From: a virus | Lineage: Duplodnaviria; Caudoviricetes | DNA: 54,971 bases | Direction: 5' to 3' (one strand) | IMG/VR virus record: IMGVR_UViG_3300024999_000135 | Coordinates: 1-54,971 of that record | Shown here: positions 42,451 through 52,788 of the stretch, in pieces | Position numbering within the stretch: the stretch's first letter is position 1 | Layout: each line of letters opens with the position of its first letter | Program-made: the position numbers and the translations under genes | Notes under the pieces: generated by a model | What the model was told of the DNA's origin: nothing | The model's database searches: none | The model's input: the letters and a program-made list of their open reading frames with translations, nothing else

Positions 42451-45400
42451 TTGAAAGTTGTTAAAAGAAATGGAACAATAGTTAGTTTTGATGAGAGTAG
42501 AATTATTAATGCAATAGAAAATGCTATGAGAGAAACAAAGATTGGATTAGACAATGAAATAAGTCAATTAATTGCTAAACAAATTAAAAATCAAAACATT
42601 GATGTAATTCAAGTAGAACAAATACAAGATATGGTTGAAGAATTACTTATGAATACTGACAGAAAAGACGTTGCAAAAACATATATATTATATAGAAATA
42701 ATAGAAATAAAACAAGAAATAATAAAAATAATGGATTATTATCTGAAGAATTTTTAAGTAAATATAAACATAGACCATCTCCTATGAATCAATTAGGTAG
42801 TTTTGTTTATTATAGAACTTATTCTAGATGGTTGCCAGAAGAACAAAGAAGAGAATATTGGTGGGAAACTGTAAAAAGAGCAGTTGAATATAATTGTAGT
42901 CTTGTACCAACATCAAGAGAAGAAGCAGAAAAATTATATGATAATATTTATAATTTACGTCAATTTTTAAGTGGTAGAACATTATATATAGGTGGAACAT
43001 TGGTATCAGAAAAATTTCCTACTTCTAATTATAATTGTTCATTTTCAGTAGTTGATAATTTTGAAGTATTTAAAGATGCTTTTTATCTTTTAATGATTGG
43101 TTCGGGATTTGGATTTCGTATTTTGAAAAGCGATGTTTTAAAATTGCCTAGAGTAAAATCGAATGTGGAAATTATACATAAAGAATATACATCAATATCA
43201 AAAGATAAACGAGAAGATAATACATCTATTCAATTTGTAAATAATAATATGATTAAAATTACAGTAGGAGATAGTAAAGGTGGATGGGTTCAGGCATTAG
43301 ATTATTATCTAAAAATTTTATGGGATAAAGATTTTACTGATATTGAAACAATTATATTTATTTATGATCATGTTAGACCAAAAGGAGAAAGATTAAAAAC
43401 ATTTGGTGGCACTGCTTCAGGATATGAGAGTCTAAAATCAATGTTTACTAAAGTAAGTAAAATAATTAAAAACGAAGGAATTAATCAAAATAAAGAAAGA
43501 ATTAAACTTAAACCAATTAATTGTTTGGACATATTAAATGCTATTGGTGAAAATGTTGTAATTGGTGGTGTACGGAGAACTAGCGAAATAGCATTAATTA
43601 ATTCAGATGACGAGGAATGTATTAAAGCAAAAAGCAATCTTTATAAACAAACAATCAATGGTAAATGGGAAATAGATACAGAAATGACACATAGACAAAT
43701 GAGTAATAATTCTATTTACTATAAAGAGAAACCTTCTAGAGAACAGATACATTGGCAAATTGAACAAATGAGATATTCTGGTGAACCAGCTTTTGTTAAT
43801 GAAATTGCAGGAAATAAACGTAGACCAAATTTTAATGGTGTTAACCCATGTGCGGAAATTTTACTTGATTCTAATGGATTATGCAATTTAACTACTGTGA
43901 ATGTTTTTGCATTTGTTGAAAATGGTAAATTGAATATTGAAGAACTTTTAAAAGCACAAAGATTATCAGCGAGATCAGGATATAGAATGACATGTGTAGA
44001 ATTAGAACTTCCAAAATGGGATACAGTACAACAAAGAGACAAACTTACTGGTTGTTCATTAACAGGTTGGCAAGATATGGTTAATGCAATATCAATGTCT
44101 AAAAATGAAGAAATTGAATTATTGAAAAAATTACGCCAAGTGGCTCATGAAGAAATTAATACATATTCACAAGAATTGGGATTAACAGAATCATTGTTAA
44201 TTACTACCTGTAAACCAGAAGGATGTTGGACTTTAGATCATATTAGAACATTGGATAATGGTTTACTTAGACTTGATGAAATTAATGAAAACATAGAGAT
44301 GGAAAATGGATTTAAAGAGATCGATGGATATACTAAAAATGGTTATAAAATAACTAAAACTTATTCAAATGATATTAAAGATATTTTAAAGATAAAATTA
44401 AAAAATGGCAGAGAATTAAAAATTACTAATTCACATCCTATGTCTGTTAATGGAGAATGGATTGAAGCACAAAACATTAAAATTGGAAATATTATTGATT
44501 ATAAATTAGGAGAATATAAAAATAATAAGCATTATGAATTAATAGATGTTACTGTTGATGAATTTAGAAGTGATATAAGAGACTACAAAACTCCAAAATA
44601 CATAAATGAAGATGTTTCATGGTTAATTGGAGCGTATATGGCAAATGGTTCATTTACAACAAATGATAGAATTAAATTTCATTGTCAACATCTTAATGTT
44701 CATGAAAAAGTACAAAGAATATGGTTAGAACAATTTGGTGTAGAAACTAATATAGTAAAATCAACAGATAGGGATTCTTACACTCAGGATTTTAGAAGTA
44801 CAAAAATTATAAAATGGTTGAATTTTAATTGTTTAGATAAAGAATATAATTATAAATTGGGGATAATACCAAAAGCAATAAGACAATCATCGGTAAATGA
44901 TATAATTAATTTTATTGTTGGATATGCAGATAATGATGGATGTTTTTATAATAATTCTTTTTGTATAGATAGTATAAATGAACCATTAATGAGACATATG
45001 CAAGAAGTAGGAGAAGCAGTAGGTATTTCTTTTGGAATTAGTATTAACTCAAAAAGAAAAAGTTTTGGAAGAAATCCAGTTTATAAAATACATTTATCAA
45101 GAAGTTTTTCTAATGAAGATGTTATAAATTATATTAATCAAATTTCAGTGAAGGCACAAGACAATCCTATTATAAAATCTCATAATATTCGTTCTACTAA
45201 TCCTTATAAAGTTGTAGAAATAAGTGAAATTAAACAACAAAAAACATATGATATTGAGATTGATACTGAACATTGGTATTATCAAGGTGGTTTAAAATCG
45301 CATAATACACTTAGTCAATTACCAGGAGTTACATCTGGTGTTCATTATTCTGAATCTGAATGGTTTGTTAGAAGAGTAAGAATCAATTCTCACGATCCTT

Positions 45401-45867
45401 TGGTAAAAGTATGTGAAGAATTAAATTATCCTATTTTTCCTGAAGTTGGTCAAACAATAGAAAACTGCACAACAAAAGTAATAGAATTTCCTATGAAATC
45501 ATCTGGTGGAAGAACTAAATATGATGTATCAGCAATTGAACAACTTGAAAATTATAAAATGTTTATGACTTATTATGTAGATCATAATGCTTCAATTACT
45601 GTTACTGTTCGTGATGAAGAATGGGAAGAAGTAAAAGAATGGGTATATAATAATTGGGATGATATTGTTGCCGTAAGTTTTTTATCCTTGTCAAATTCAT
45701 TCTACCAATTAATGCCATATGAAGCAATTACGGAAAAAGAATATAATAAAAGGGTAAAAAACATGAAACCATTTATACCATCATTAATTAGTAAATATGA
45801 AAAAACTGAAACTGAATTTGATATTGGCAATGAAGGATGTGAATCAGGAGTTTGTCCGATCCGCTAA
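42451..45867 (+). CDS. nrdJ: Class II (adenosylcobalamin-dependent) ribonucleotide reductase with N-terminal ATP cone and an intein
   Basis: VVKRNG ATP cone, YYRTYSR, NCSF, GGVRR, NPCAE, CNL, KPEG/T, C-terminal CESGVCPIR. Confidence 0.92.
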   Translation: MKVVKRNGTIVSFDESRIINAIENAMRETKIGLDNEISQLIAKQIKNQNIDVIQVEQIQDMVEELLMNTDRKDVAKTYILYRNNRNKTRNNKNNGLLSEEFLSKYKHRPSPMNQLGSFVYYRTYSRWLPEEQRREYWWETVKRAVEYNCSLVPTSREEAEKLYDNIYNLRQFLSGRTLYIGGTLVSEKFPTSNYNCSFSVVDNFEVFKDAFYLLMIGSGFGFRILKSDVLKLPRVKSNVEIIHKEYTSISKDKREDNTSIQFVNNNMIKITVGDSKGGWVQALDYYLKILWDKDFTDIETIIFIYDHVRPKGERLKTFGGTASGYESLKSMFTKVSKIIKNEGINQNKERIKLKPINCLDILNAIGENVVIGGVRRTSEIALINSDDEECIKAKSNLYKQTINGKWEIDTEMTHRQMSNNSIYYKEKPSREQIHWQIEQMRYSGEPAFVNEIAGNKRRPNFNGVNPCAEILLDSNGLCNLTTVNVFAFVENGKLNIEELLKAQRLSARSGYRMTCVELELPKWDTVQQRDKLTGCSLTGWQDMVNAISMSKNEEIELLKKLRQVAHEEINTYSQELGLTESLLITTCKPEGCWTLDHIRTLDNGLLRLDEINENIEMENGFKEIDGYTKNGYKITKTYSNDIKDILKIKLKNGRELKITNSHPMSVNGEWIEAQNIKIGNIIDYKLGEYKNNKHYELIDVTVDEFRSDIRDYKTPKYINEDVSWLIGAYMANGSFTTNDRIKFHCQHLNVHEKVQRIWLEQFGVETNIVKSTDRDSYTQDFRSTKIIKWLNFNCLDKEYNYKLGIIPKAIRQSSVNDIINFIVGYADNDGCFYNNSFCIDSINEPLMRHMQEVGEAVGISFGISINSKRKSFGRNPVYKIHLSRSFSNEDVINYINQISVKAQDNPIIKSHNIRSTNPYKVVEISEIKQQKTYDIEIDTEHWYYQGGLKSHNTLSQLPGVTSGVHYSESEWFVRRVRINSHDPLVKVCEELNYPIFPEVGQTIENCTTKVIEFPMKSSGGRTKYDVSAIEQLENYKMFMTYYVDHNASITVTVRDEEWEEVKEWVYNNWDDIVAVSFLSLSNSFYQLMPYEAITEKEYNKRVKNMKPFIPSLISKYEKTETEFDIGNEGCESGVCPIR
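44224..45306 (+). mobile_element. 361-aa intein with LAGLIDADG homing endonuclease
   Basis: KPEG|CWT...TxxH (TNSH)...TYDIE...SHN|T; WLIGAYMANG and FIVGYADNDG. Confidence 0.93.
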
Positions 45868-45908
45868 TAAGAAAAAATTATAAATTAAAAAGGAGATTAA
45901 ATATACAT

Positions 45909-46412
45909 ATGACAAACATAAACAACACAAACAAACAAATTAATTGTGTAATAGACGATCAAAATATCACTCTTCCCAAATACGAATCAATCTGTGCCTC
46001 CGGTATGGATTTAAGAGTATGGAAATATTCATTACCGGAAAATCTAAAAGAAACACATGATTTTATTGAGGAAGGTATTGATTTATATCCAGGTGATAGA
46101 ATTTTAATTAAAACAGGATTACATATCCAATTACCACCAAATACAGAAGCACAAATTAGACCACGTTCTGGTTTAGCATTAAAACATGGCATCTCAATTG
46201 TTAATTCTCCAGGCACAATTGACGAAGATTATGTTGGTGATGTAGGAGTTGTTCTTATTAATATGGGTACTGAACCATTCAATATTAAACAAGGTGATAG
46301 AATCGCTCAAATGGTATTTCAAGAAGTTAAAAAATATAATTTAAAAATTGTTGATAAATTATCTGAAACTATTCGTGGCAAAGATGGTTTTGGTTCTACT
46401 TTAGTAAAATAA
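45909..46412 (+). CDS. dut: Trimeric dUTPase
   Basis: SGMDL, RPRSG, GTIDEDY.G, RIAQ, RG..GFGST; RBS before ATG at 45909. Confidence 0.95.
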   Translation: MTNINNTNKQINCVIDDQNITLPKYESICASGMDLRVWKYSLPENLKETHDFIEEGIDLYPGDRILIKTGLHIQLPPNTEAQIRPRSGLALKHGISIVNSPGTIDEDYVGDVGVVLINMGTEPFNIKQGDRIAQMVFQEVKKYNLKIVDKLSETIRGKDGFGSTLVK

Positions 46413-46421
46413 ATAACTAAC

Positions 46422-46448
46422 TTAGCGGGGACTAAAAATCCCTGCTAA
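46422..46448 (+). terminator. GC-rich hairpin after dut; possible terminator (no clear U tract)
   Basis: ttagcgggga-ctaaaaa-tccctgctaa. Confidence 0.5.
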
Positions 46449-46484
46449 ATATTAAATAAAAATAGAAAATAATGAAAAATGTCA

Positions 46485-46513
46485 TTGACAGAACAAAAAA
46501 ATAAATGTATAAT
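46485..46513 (+). promoter_or_regulatory. SigA-type promoter
   Basis: TTGACA-17 nt-TATAAT. Confidence 0.85.
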
Positions 46514-46535
46514 AACTACATAGAAAGGACAACCA

Positions 46536-48493
46536 ATGGAAGAAAAAGAATTTAAATGTATTAAAGAAAAATGTTTTCTATATTTTTCTAGTGACAACTA
46601 CTATGAAGTTTGTCAATTAGTAAGTAAATATGTTCTACTAGATAAGTGTTATGGTATTAAAGAAATTCCTAATAAAAAAGAAGAAGTTGTTTGTAAAATT
46701 GCAAACTTAGTAAAAGAATTAAACTGTTTGAATGAATTAGAGGAATTAATTAGAAGTAACCAAAATTAAATTTAATAATATAATACAAATATAAAATATT
46801 AATATAAAAGGAGATTATAACTATGAAATCATTATTTATTTGTGAAAAATGCGATGCTCAATTTCAAACTGAACAAGAGTGTATTGATCATGAAAAAGAT
46901 TGCAATCCAATGATTACATATATATGTGATAAATGTGGGAAAACAAAATCCTACAAACCAGATGAAAATATTCCTCCTATATGGCATTCTATTGATTTAG
47001 GTACGCCAAATTATGGAAGTTTATTAGAAAATCGAAATGTGAGATTTGAACTATGCGACAGGTGCTTATATGATTATATTAATTCGTTTAAATACAAAGA
47101 TAATATTTTAAATAGTAATGAAGAACAATGGGATGAAAGATATAAATTAAATATAGATATAACTGAAGAAATGTTTGAAGGATTGCAATTAGTTAAATAA
47201 TTAATACAATATAAATATATTAAAAAAGGAGATTAAATATGCCTGAATCAACTGAAATAGTTGAAATAAACAATCCAACCAATCCTCATCACATTGCAAT
47301 TGAAAATCCAGATTCTACATGTTTTAATTGCCTACAATCATATCCACAATTACACACAATTCATATTCCACAACTTAATCATGGTAGTGAATTTAAACAT
47401 TTCTCATTTAAACTAAATTTATGCTCCAATTGCCTATCCCTAACAAATCCTAATTGGTGGAAACTGGAAATAATAAAATCATATTCAGAAGATAATATGA
47501 TGCAATTAAATTATAAATACGAAAAAGAAATATTAGAATTCATAAACCAAATGCCACTTTCTGGTCAAGAATTGTTTTATGCTAGATTTGGTCAAGGTGT
47601 ACGTTCCGATCTTATGCGTGGTCAAGATTGGATTGATTATTCACTAGGTATTCTACCACACGAAAAATGTAAAAAATACGGTTACTACTCACCTCAAGAA
47701 ATTCAAGCATATAAAGAAAGATTTCCTAAATGTGAACATCCTGTTAATAGAATTTGTAATAATGAATCAAAAAATACTTGGTGTTCATTTGGTGCTATTG
47801 GAGAATATAATCAAAAATACTATAAAAATGGAAAAGATGATAATTGTTATGAGTGTGAATATTTTCAAGAAAGAATAACTCCTATCAGAGATATTATGGA
47901 ATGTGAATGGAATGATTATGAAATATATTATAAAAGTAAAATAAATATGGATAAATATAAAGGGATGTTTGAGAGAGGAGAATTAAATGATTAACAAAAT
48001 AAAGCAATACATTAACAATATAAAAATAAAATCATATCGTATATTCTATAATATTCAATATTTCCTAGAACTAAGAAAATATAAAAGACTTTATTCAGAT
48101 TATGCTGATGATGAATATAATAATGGTCATCTAAAATTTATTTGGGGAATCACTTCATGGGATGATTTAACTGGAAAAGATTCTAATTTATTCACAATGA
48201 ATGATATTGATATAATTTATAATAGAAAATCTAAATTATACATGTTAGGTATTGAAACTGCTTGGATATTTGATGGAAATGCAGAAGAAATAAAGAAGGG
48301 CGAATGTAGATATTTAAGACAATTATTAGATGCTTTTACTAAATTTATGGACGATAATGGATATTTAAAAGATTATGGTACTTGTCTTTATATGCGTAGA
48401 CCGCGTTTAAATGATTCAGCTGAATCAATAGGTGAATTATATTTTAATTTTAAGGTATTTGTTGAAGGATACTGTAATATTTGTGGTTGTTAA
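46536..48493 (+). other. Four Cys-rich hypothetical genes (46536, 46823, 47239, 47987)
   Basis: ORFs with RBS; several CxxC pairs. Confidence 0.7.
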
Positions 48494-48539
48494 TTAAAAA
48501 AACAAATAATTATTAAAAGAAATCATAAAATCACCAATT

Positions 48540-48605
48540 CATAAACCCTTGATTTTATTGACTTTCTAGCACTTAATATTGTTCCAAAGAGAAATTTTGT
48601 CATGA
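48540..48605. repeat. Composite element: degenerate palindrome plus dif-like core (inverted)
   Basis: ataaacccttgattttattgacttt, then attgttccaaa gagaaa ttttgtcatga. Confidence 0.65.
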
Positions 48606-48627
48606 TTTAAGGAGGGAATTTATTATT

Positions 48628-48837
48628 ATGAAAATTTTTAAATGTAGTAAATGTGAGTATTTTGAAAAGGCAGATTGGTCAAATGGTGATTTAGAACAAA
48701 AAATATTTGGTGTGTATGGTCATTGTATGGATATTATGAATCCAGATTTTAATTTATTTGCACAAACATTTGGAAGAGGCATACCTAAATCACAGGTAAT
48801 ACTTAGTCCTAAATGGTGTAGATTAAGAAATAAGTAA
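48628..48837 (+). CDS. Small Cys-containing protein
   Basis: AAGGAGG RBS; CSKC...SPKWC. Confidence 0.65.
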   Translation: MKIFKCSKCEYFEKADWSNGDLEQKIFGVYGHCMDIMNPDFNLFAQTFGRGIPKSQVILSPKWCRLRNK

Positions 48838-48853
48838 ATTAAAGGAGAATAAA

Positions 48854-49945
48854 ATGAATCTGATTAAAGACATTCACATATCAAAAAGTTTTTATTGGTT
48901 AGGTAGTAGTCTTGAAAAATGTTTTGATTGTAAATATTGCAGAGCAAAACCTAAGCAACCATGTAGTTATGATGTATTACCATCAAAAATAAATAAAAAT
49001 TTTATTAATTTACCTGTAGTTATTAATCTATTCTATGGCGATCCTTTACTTCAAATTGAAAACACAAAAAGATATTTAGAGTTGCTTGAGCAAGTAAATC
49101 ATAAAGCACCTGCAATAATAATTACTAAAGGAAATTTACATCAATTAGGAGAATTAAATTATAATTTAGACATACATATTGCATTAAGTACAATAGGAAA
49201 AAATAGTTGGGTAGATAATATAGGACATAATAATTTCATAAATAATTTAAAGTATATTGAAAGCAATAAAAACAGTAAAATAAAATTTTCATGTGAATTT
49301 AGACCAATTATGTATCAAATAAATGATGATAAAGAAACAATAGATAATGTGTTTAAATTATGTTCAGAATACAATTTACCTATAGGGTATAGTGGTTTGC
49401 AAGGCTCACCTGATTTAGTTGAATACTGGAAAGAGAATAATATAGATTTAAAACCTTTTCCCAATTATGATTTTAGTATTAAAAAACCAATATCTTATGA
49501 ATGTGAACAAATAATTAAAGAAACATCTAGTAAATATAATGTACCAATATTTAAGAAAACATCTTGTTTAATTAGTTATAGTCATAATTTAGAACGAGAT
49601 TATAATGCACACTACTATAGACCAAATGAAATGAATTGTACTGAGTGCTTAATGAAAAATAAATGTACGGAATATAAAAATAAACAACATACAAATAAAG
49701 AATTATTAAAACATATTATACCATTTGATTTTCAAATTGAATTTAAAACTAAACATAAATGTTTACTACATAATTCATGTCCACATCCTCATTCTGATTG
49801 CACAAATATTAATGGTAATTTAATTATCATAGATAAGAAAATAACTACTGCTGATGTTAGAGTTATAAAATGGTTAACTGGATATACAGTTGTAGCACCA
49901 TTTGTAGAATCAAGTTATTTAAGTGTTGAATGGGATGAGAGGTAA
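48854..49945 (+). CDS. Radical-SAM-like Fe-S protein with an atypical CxxCxxC motif
   Basis: CFDCKYC, YGDP, IITKG, FRPI; extra C-terminal Cys clusters. Confidence 0.6.
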   Translation: MNLIKDIHISKSFYWLGSSLEKCFDCKYCRAKPKQPCSYDVLPSKINKNFINLPVVINLFYGDPLLQIENTKRYLELLEQVNHKAPAIIITKGNLHQLGELNYNLDIHIALSTIGKNSWVDNIGHNNFINNLKYIESNKNSKIKFSCEFRPIMYQINDDKETIDNVFKLCSEYNLPIGYSGLQGSPDLVEYWKENNIDLKPFPNYDFSIKKPISYECEQIIKETSSKYNVPIFKKTSCLISYSHNLERDYNAHYYRPNEMNCTECLMKNKCTEYKNKQHTNKELLKHIIPFDFQIEFKTKHKCLLHNSCPHPHSDCTNINGNLIIIDKKITTADVRVIKWLTGYTVVAPFVESSYLSVEWDER

Positions 49946-49969
49946 AATAAAATTTAAGATTTATTATGT
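49942..49969. repeat. dif-like core site
   Basis: gtaaaataaaa tttaag atttattatgt. Confidence 0.45.
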
Positions 49970-50003
49970 ATAAGAAATACTAATATAAAAGGAGGTTATA
50001 ATT

Positions 50004-50864
50004 ATTCAATTTAATAAAGAAAATTTAATAAAATCTCCACTTAACTACGTCGGAGGAAAATACAAATTACTTCCTCAAATTCTACCATTATTCCCTGAAG
50101 ATATAGATACATTTATTGATTTATTTTGTGGTGGAGCAAATGTAGCAGTTAATGTAAAAGCAAATAAAATATATGGAACAGATATTCAAAAAGAAGTTAT
50201 TCAATTCTTAGACCATTGCGTACATAATAAATCTGAAGAAATGTTAAATGTAATTAATAAATTAGTTGATAAATATCAATTAACTAAAACAAATAAAGAA
50301 GGATATTTAAAAATTAGACAAGAGTATAATAATGGCAATAAATCATGGGATATGTTTTATACTCTTATATGTTATTCTTTTAATAATCAAATAAGATTCA
50401 ATTCAAAAGGTGAGTATAATATGCCTTTTGGAAAAGACCGAAGTAGTTTTAATCCTACTTTAGAACAAAAATTTATTAGATTCATAGATTGTTTAAAGAA
50501 TATAAATATAAAATTTATACATAGTGATTTCAGAAAATTAAAAATTAATAACTTAATTACAAATGATTTTGTGTACATTGATCCTCCATACCTAATAACT
50601 TGTGCTTCATATAATGAAAATGGTGGATGGAAAGAAAAAGATGAAATAGACTTATTAAATCTACTTGATAAATTAAATCATAATAGTGTTAAGTTTGCTT
50701 TATCAAATGTGCTTGAAAGTAAAGGTAAGAGCAATGACTTATTAAAAGAATGGTCTAAGAAATATAATATACATAGATTGAATGTTAAATATGGTAACGC
50801 TAATTATCAAAGAAAAGAAAAAGATGATAGTACAACTTTAGAAGTTTTAATTACAAATTATTAA
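50004..50864 (+). CDS. Dam/D12-class DNA adenine methyltransferase with ATT start
   Basis: Frame upstream of ATG 50241 encodes SPLNYVGGK and DLFCGG (SAM binding); DPPY; AAGGAGG RBS before ATT. Confidence 0.9.
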   Translation: MQFNKENLIKSPLNYVGGKYKLLPQILPLFPEDIDTFIDLFCGGANVAVNVKANKIYGTDIQKEVIQFLDHCVHNKSEEMLNVINKLVDKYQLTKTNKEGYLKIRQEYNNGNKSWDMFYTLICYSFNNQIRFNSKGEYNMPFGKDRSSFNPTLEQKFIRFIDCLKNINIKFIHSDFRKLKINNLITNDFVYIDPPYLITCASYNENGGWKEKDEIDLLNLLDKLNHNSVKFALSNVLESKGKSNDLLKEWSKKYNIHRLNVKYGNANYQRKEKDDSTTLEVLITNY

Positions 50865-50872
50865 TATAAATA

Positions 50873-50900
50873 ACATCACAAAATTTAGTATTTATTCAAT
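50873..50900. repeat. dif-like core site
   Basis: acatcacaaaa tttagt atttattcaat. Confidence 0.5.
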
Positions 50901-51142
50901 AATTAAAAAGGAGATATAATTTATGAAATTTACAATAAATAATCATATTACATATGAAGTAGAAGAACAATTATTTTATAATCTTCTTAAGCAAGAGAAT
51001 ATAACTATAGAAGATTATAAGAAAGTAGTATGTAATGATTTTAAAGAAATGCTAAAATCAGAAATTGGTACATCAGAACAAATTAAAAATGTTGTAATCG
51101 AAACGGATATTCAAATATTATAAATAAGGAGAACAATCTAGT

Positions 51143-51305
51143 ATGAACAGTAAATGGCATTTATATTTATCAAATTTAAAATCATTAATAAGAATTGCAG
51201 GTTGTTCATTATCATTAATATATAATGAATGGTCTATATTAGTAATTAGCTTTGTGATAGGCAGAGGTACTTGGAGTATTAGAAGAAATTAAAGATGAAA
51301 GATAA
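51143..51305 (+). pseudogene. Small membrane protein gene with an apparent +1 frameshift near 51260
   Basis: ...ILVISFVI continues as AEVLGVLEEIKDER* in the adjacent frame. Confidence 0.45.
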
Positions 51306-51332
51306 AATAAATAAAAGGAGAAAAATATACAT

Positions 51333-51854
51333 ATGAAAAACAAAACAAATTGTAAAAAGTGTCATTGGAATGGTAACGATTCTTTTTGTTGGACAACACC
51401 ACCTGAGATATGTAATCATTTCAAACCTAAATACAAAGTATATCTAGCAAATCCTTATGGATTCTCAAAACAACAAAAAGAAGAATTATTACCTAAATTA
51501 GTATCTAAAATTGAATCTTTAGGATATGAAGTATGGGAACCGTTTGAAAGAAATAACCAAGTAGACTTTTCAAACGAAAATTGGGCATATGACGTAGGTC
51601 AAGCAGATAAAAATGACGTAGAAAACTGTGATATTGTTTTTGCTGTTGTTAATGGCACTCCACCAGATGAAGGAGTGATGATTGAATTAGGAATGGCAAT
51701 TGCTTTAAATAAGAAAGTATATTTATTTAGAGATGATTTTAGAAAATGTACAGATTCAGGCAAATATCCATTAAATTTAATGTTGTTTACAGGATTACCT
51801 AAAGATGATTGGGAGAAATATTATTTTACTTCAATGGAAGAAATAGATTTTTAA
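51333..51854 (+). CDS. Nucleoside 2-deoxyribosyltransferase family protein
   Basis: VYLANP.GF, D...V..CD, DEGVMIELGMA, NLML. Confidence 0.88.
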   Translation: MKNKTNCKKCHWNGNDSFCWTTPPEICNHFKPKYKVYLANPYGFSKQQKEELLPKLVSKIESLGYEVWEPFERNNQVDFSNENWAYDVGQADKNDVENCDIVFAVVNGTPPDEGVMIELGMAIALNKKVYLFRDDFRKCTDSGKYPLNLMLFTGLPKDDWEKYYFTSMEEIDF

Positions 51855-51878
51855 TAATAAATATAAAAGGAGATAATT

Positions 51879-52133
51879 ATGACAGTACAAGAAATATTAT
51901 TACAATTAAATAAAGAAAAAGATATAATTACAAAAGAAATATTAACTAAAGAAAAAGAATTACAAGAAATAAATATTACAATAGCAAATTTAACAAAAAT
52001 AATAAATAATGTTGAATTAATTTGCAATAAATGCAATGGTACAGGTAAAATATTTAAACGTGCTTGTGCGGAAGATGATGGTGATTATTATATGTGTAAT
52101 AATTGCAATGGGAAAGGTAGAATTAAATTATAA
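51879..52133 (+). CDS. CxxCxGxG zinc-finger protein, similar in layout to 32928
   Basis: CNKCNGTG and CNNCNGKG after a coiled coil. Confidence 0.7.
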   Translation: MTVQEILLQLNKEKDIITKEILTKEKELQEINITIANLTKIINNVELICNKCNGTGKIFKRACAEDDGDYYMCNNCNGKGRIKL

Positions 52134-52159
52134 ATACATAAAGGATGATAATATATATG

Positions 52160-52372
52160 AAAGGTTTATATCAAAAATACATAATTCAAAAAGCAGACGG
52201 AACACCTATAGATCTTAATGCAGATTATTTTGTATTAAGATTAGATACGGATAAATATGCTAGAGAAGCATTAAAATTTTATGGGAGTGCTATTTATCAA
52301 GACAATCCTGAACTTGCATATGATATTTTTAGAAAATTAAATTGTTATTGGGAGAAGGAGCAATTAATATGA
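52160..52372 (+). CDS. Conserved small phage protein
   Basis: GLYQKY.I.KADG...YFVLRLDTD..AR.AL..Y. Confidence 0.65.
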   Translation, partial: KGLYQKYIIQKADGTPIDLNADYFVLRLDTDKYAREALKFYGSAIYQDNPELAYDIFRKLNCYWEKEQLI

Positions 52373-52566
52373 CAAAACCACTCATAGAATTAATAACTTG
52401 CAATGCAGGTGATTGGAGTGTATTAAGAGTTAATTTAGGTGAAGATTTTGAATTTCAAGGTCATTCAATACCTGATCATGAATGGATTAGATTATTAGAA
52501 TTGTTAGGTTATAAAGTTGAAGAAAGAAATATTAATGATGAAGATATGGAATATGGAAATTATTAA
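52369..52566 (+). CDS. Hypothetical protein
   Basis: AAGGAG RBS before ATG at 52369. Confidence 0.6.
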   Translation: MTKPLIELITCNAGDWSVLRVNLGEDFEFQGHSIPDHEWIRLLELLGYKVEERNINDEDMEYGNY

Positions 52567-52588
52567 TAGATAAAAAGGAGAAATTACA

Positions 52589-52774
52589 ATAGAAAAACTT
52601 CTAAAATCTTTAACAGAGCAAGAAAAACAAATATTAAAAATTGCTACTAATGCAATATATTTTAATGATAATTCAGATTATTTATCTGCTCTATGGGATA
52701 TTGTGAACGAAATTTCAGGTTCAAAAATTGAATATTGTGACAGTAAATTATTTAATTTATTAAATTATGATTAA
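52589..52774 (+). CDS. 61-aa hypothetical protein with ATA start, missed by the ORF track
   Basis: AAGGAG 8 nt before ATA; the open frame exactly fills the gap between neighbours. Confidence 0.6.
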   Translation: MEKLLKSLTEQEKQILKIATNAIYFNDNSDYLSALWDIVNEISGSKIEYCDSKLFNLLNYD

Positions 52775-52788
52775 AGGAGAATGAATTT

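Noticed and set aside
31540-47760. Local C-rich plus-strand patches (about 31540-31990, 45900-46200, 47240-47700) as foreign DNA
   Set aside because: Visual impression only; not quantified, and boundaries do not match gene or site limits
83-52036. Minus-strand ORFs in the track
   Set aside because: Short, lack RBSs, and shadow well-supported plus-strand genes
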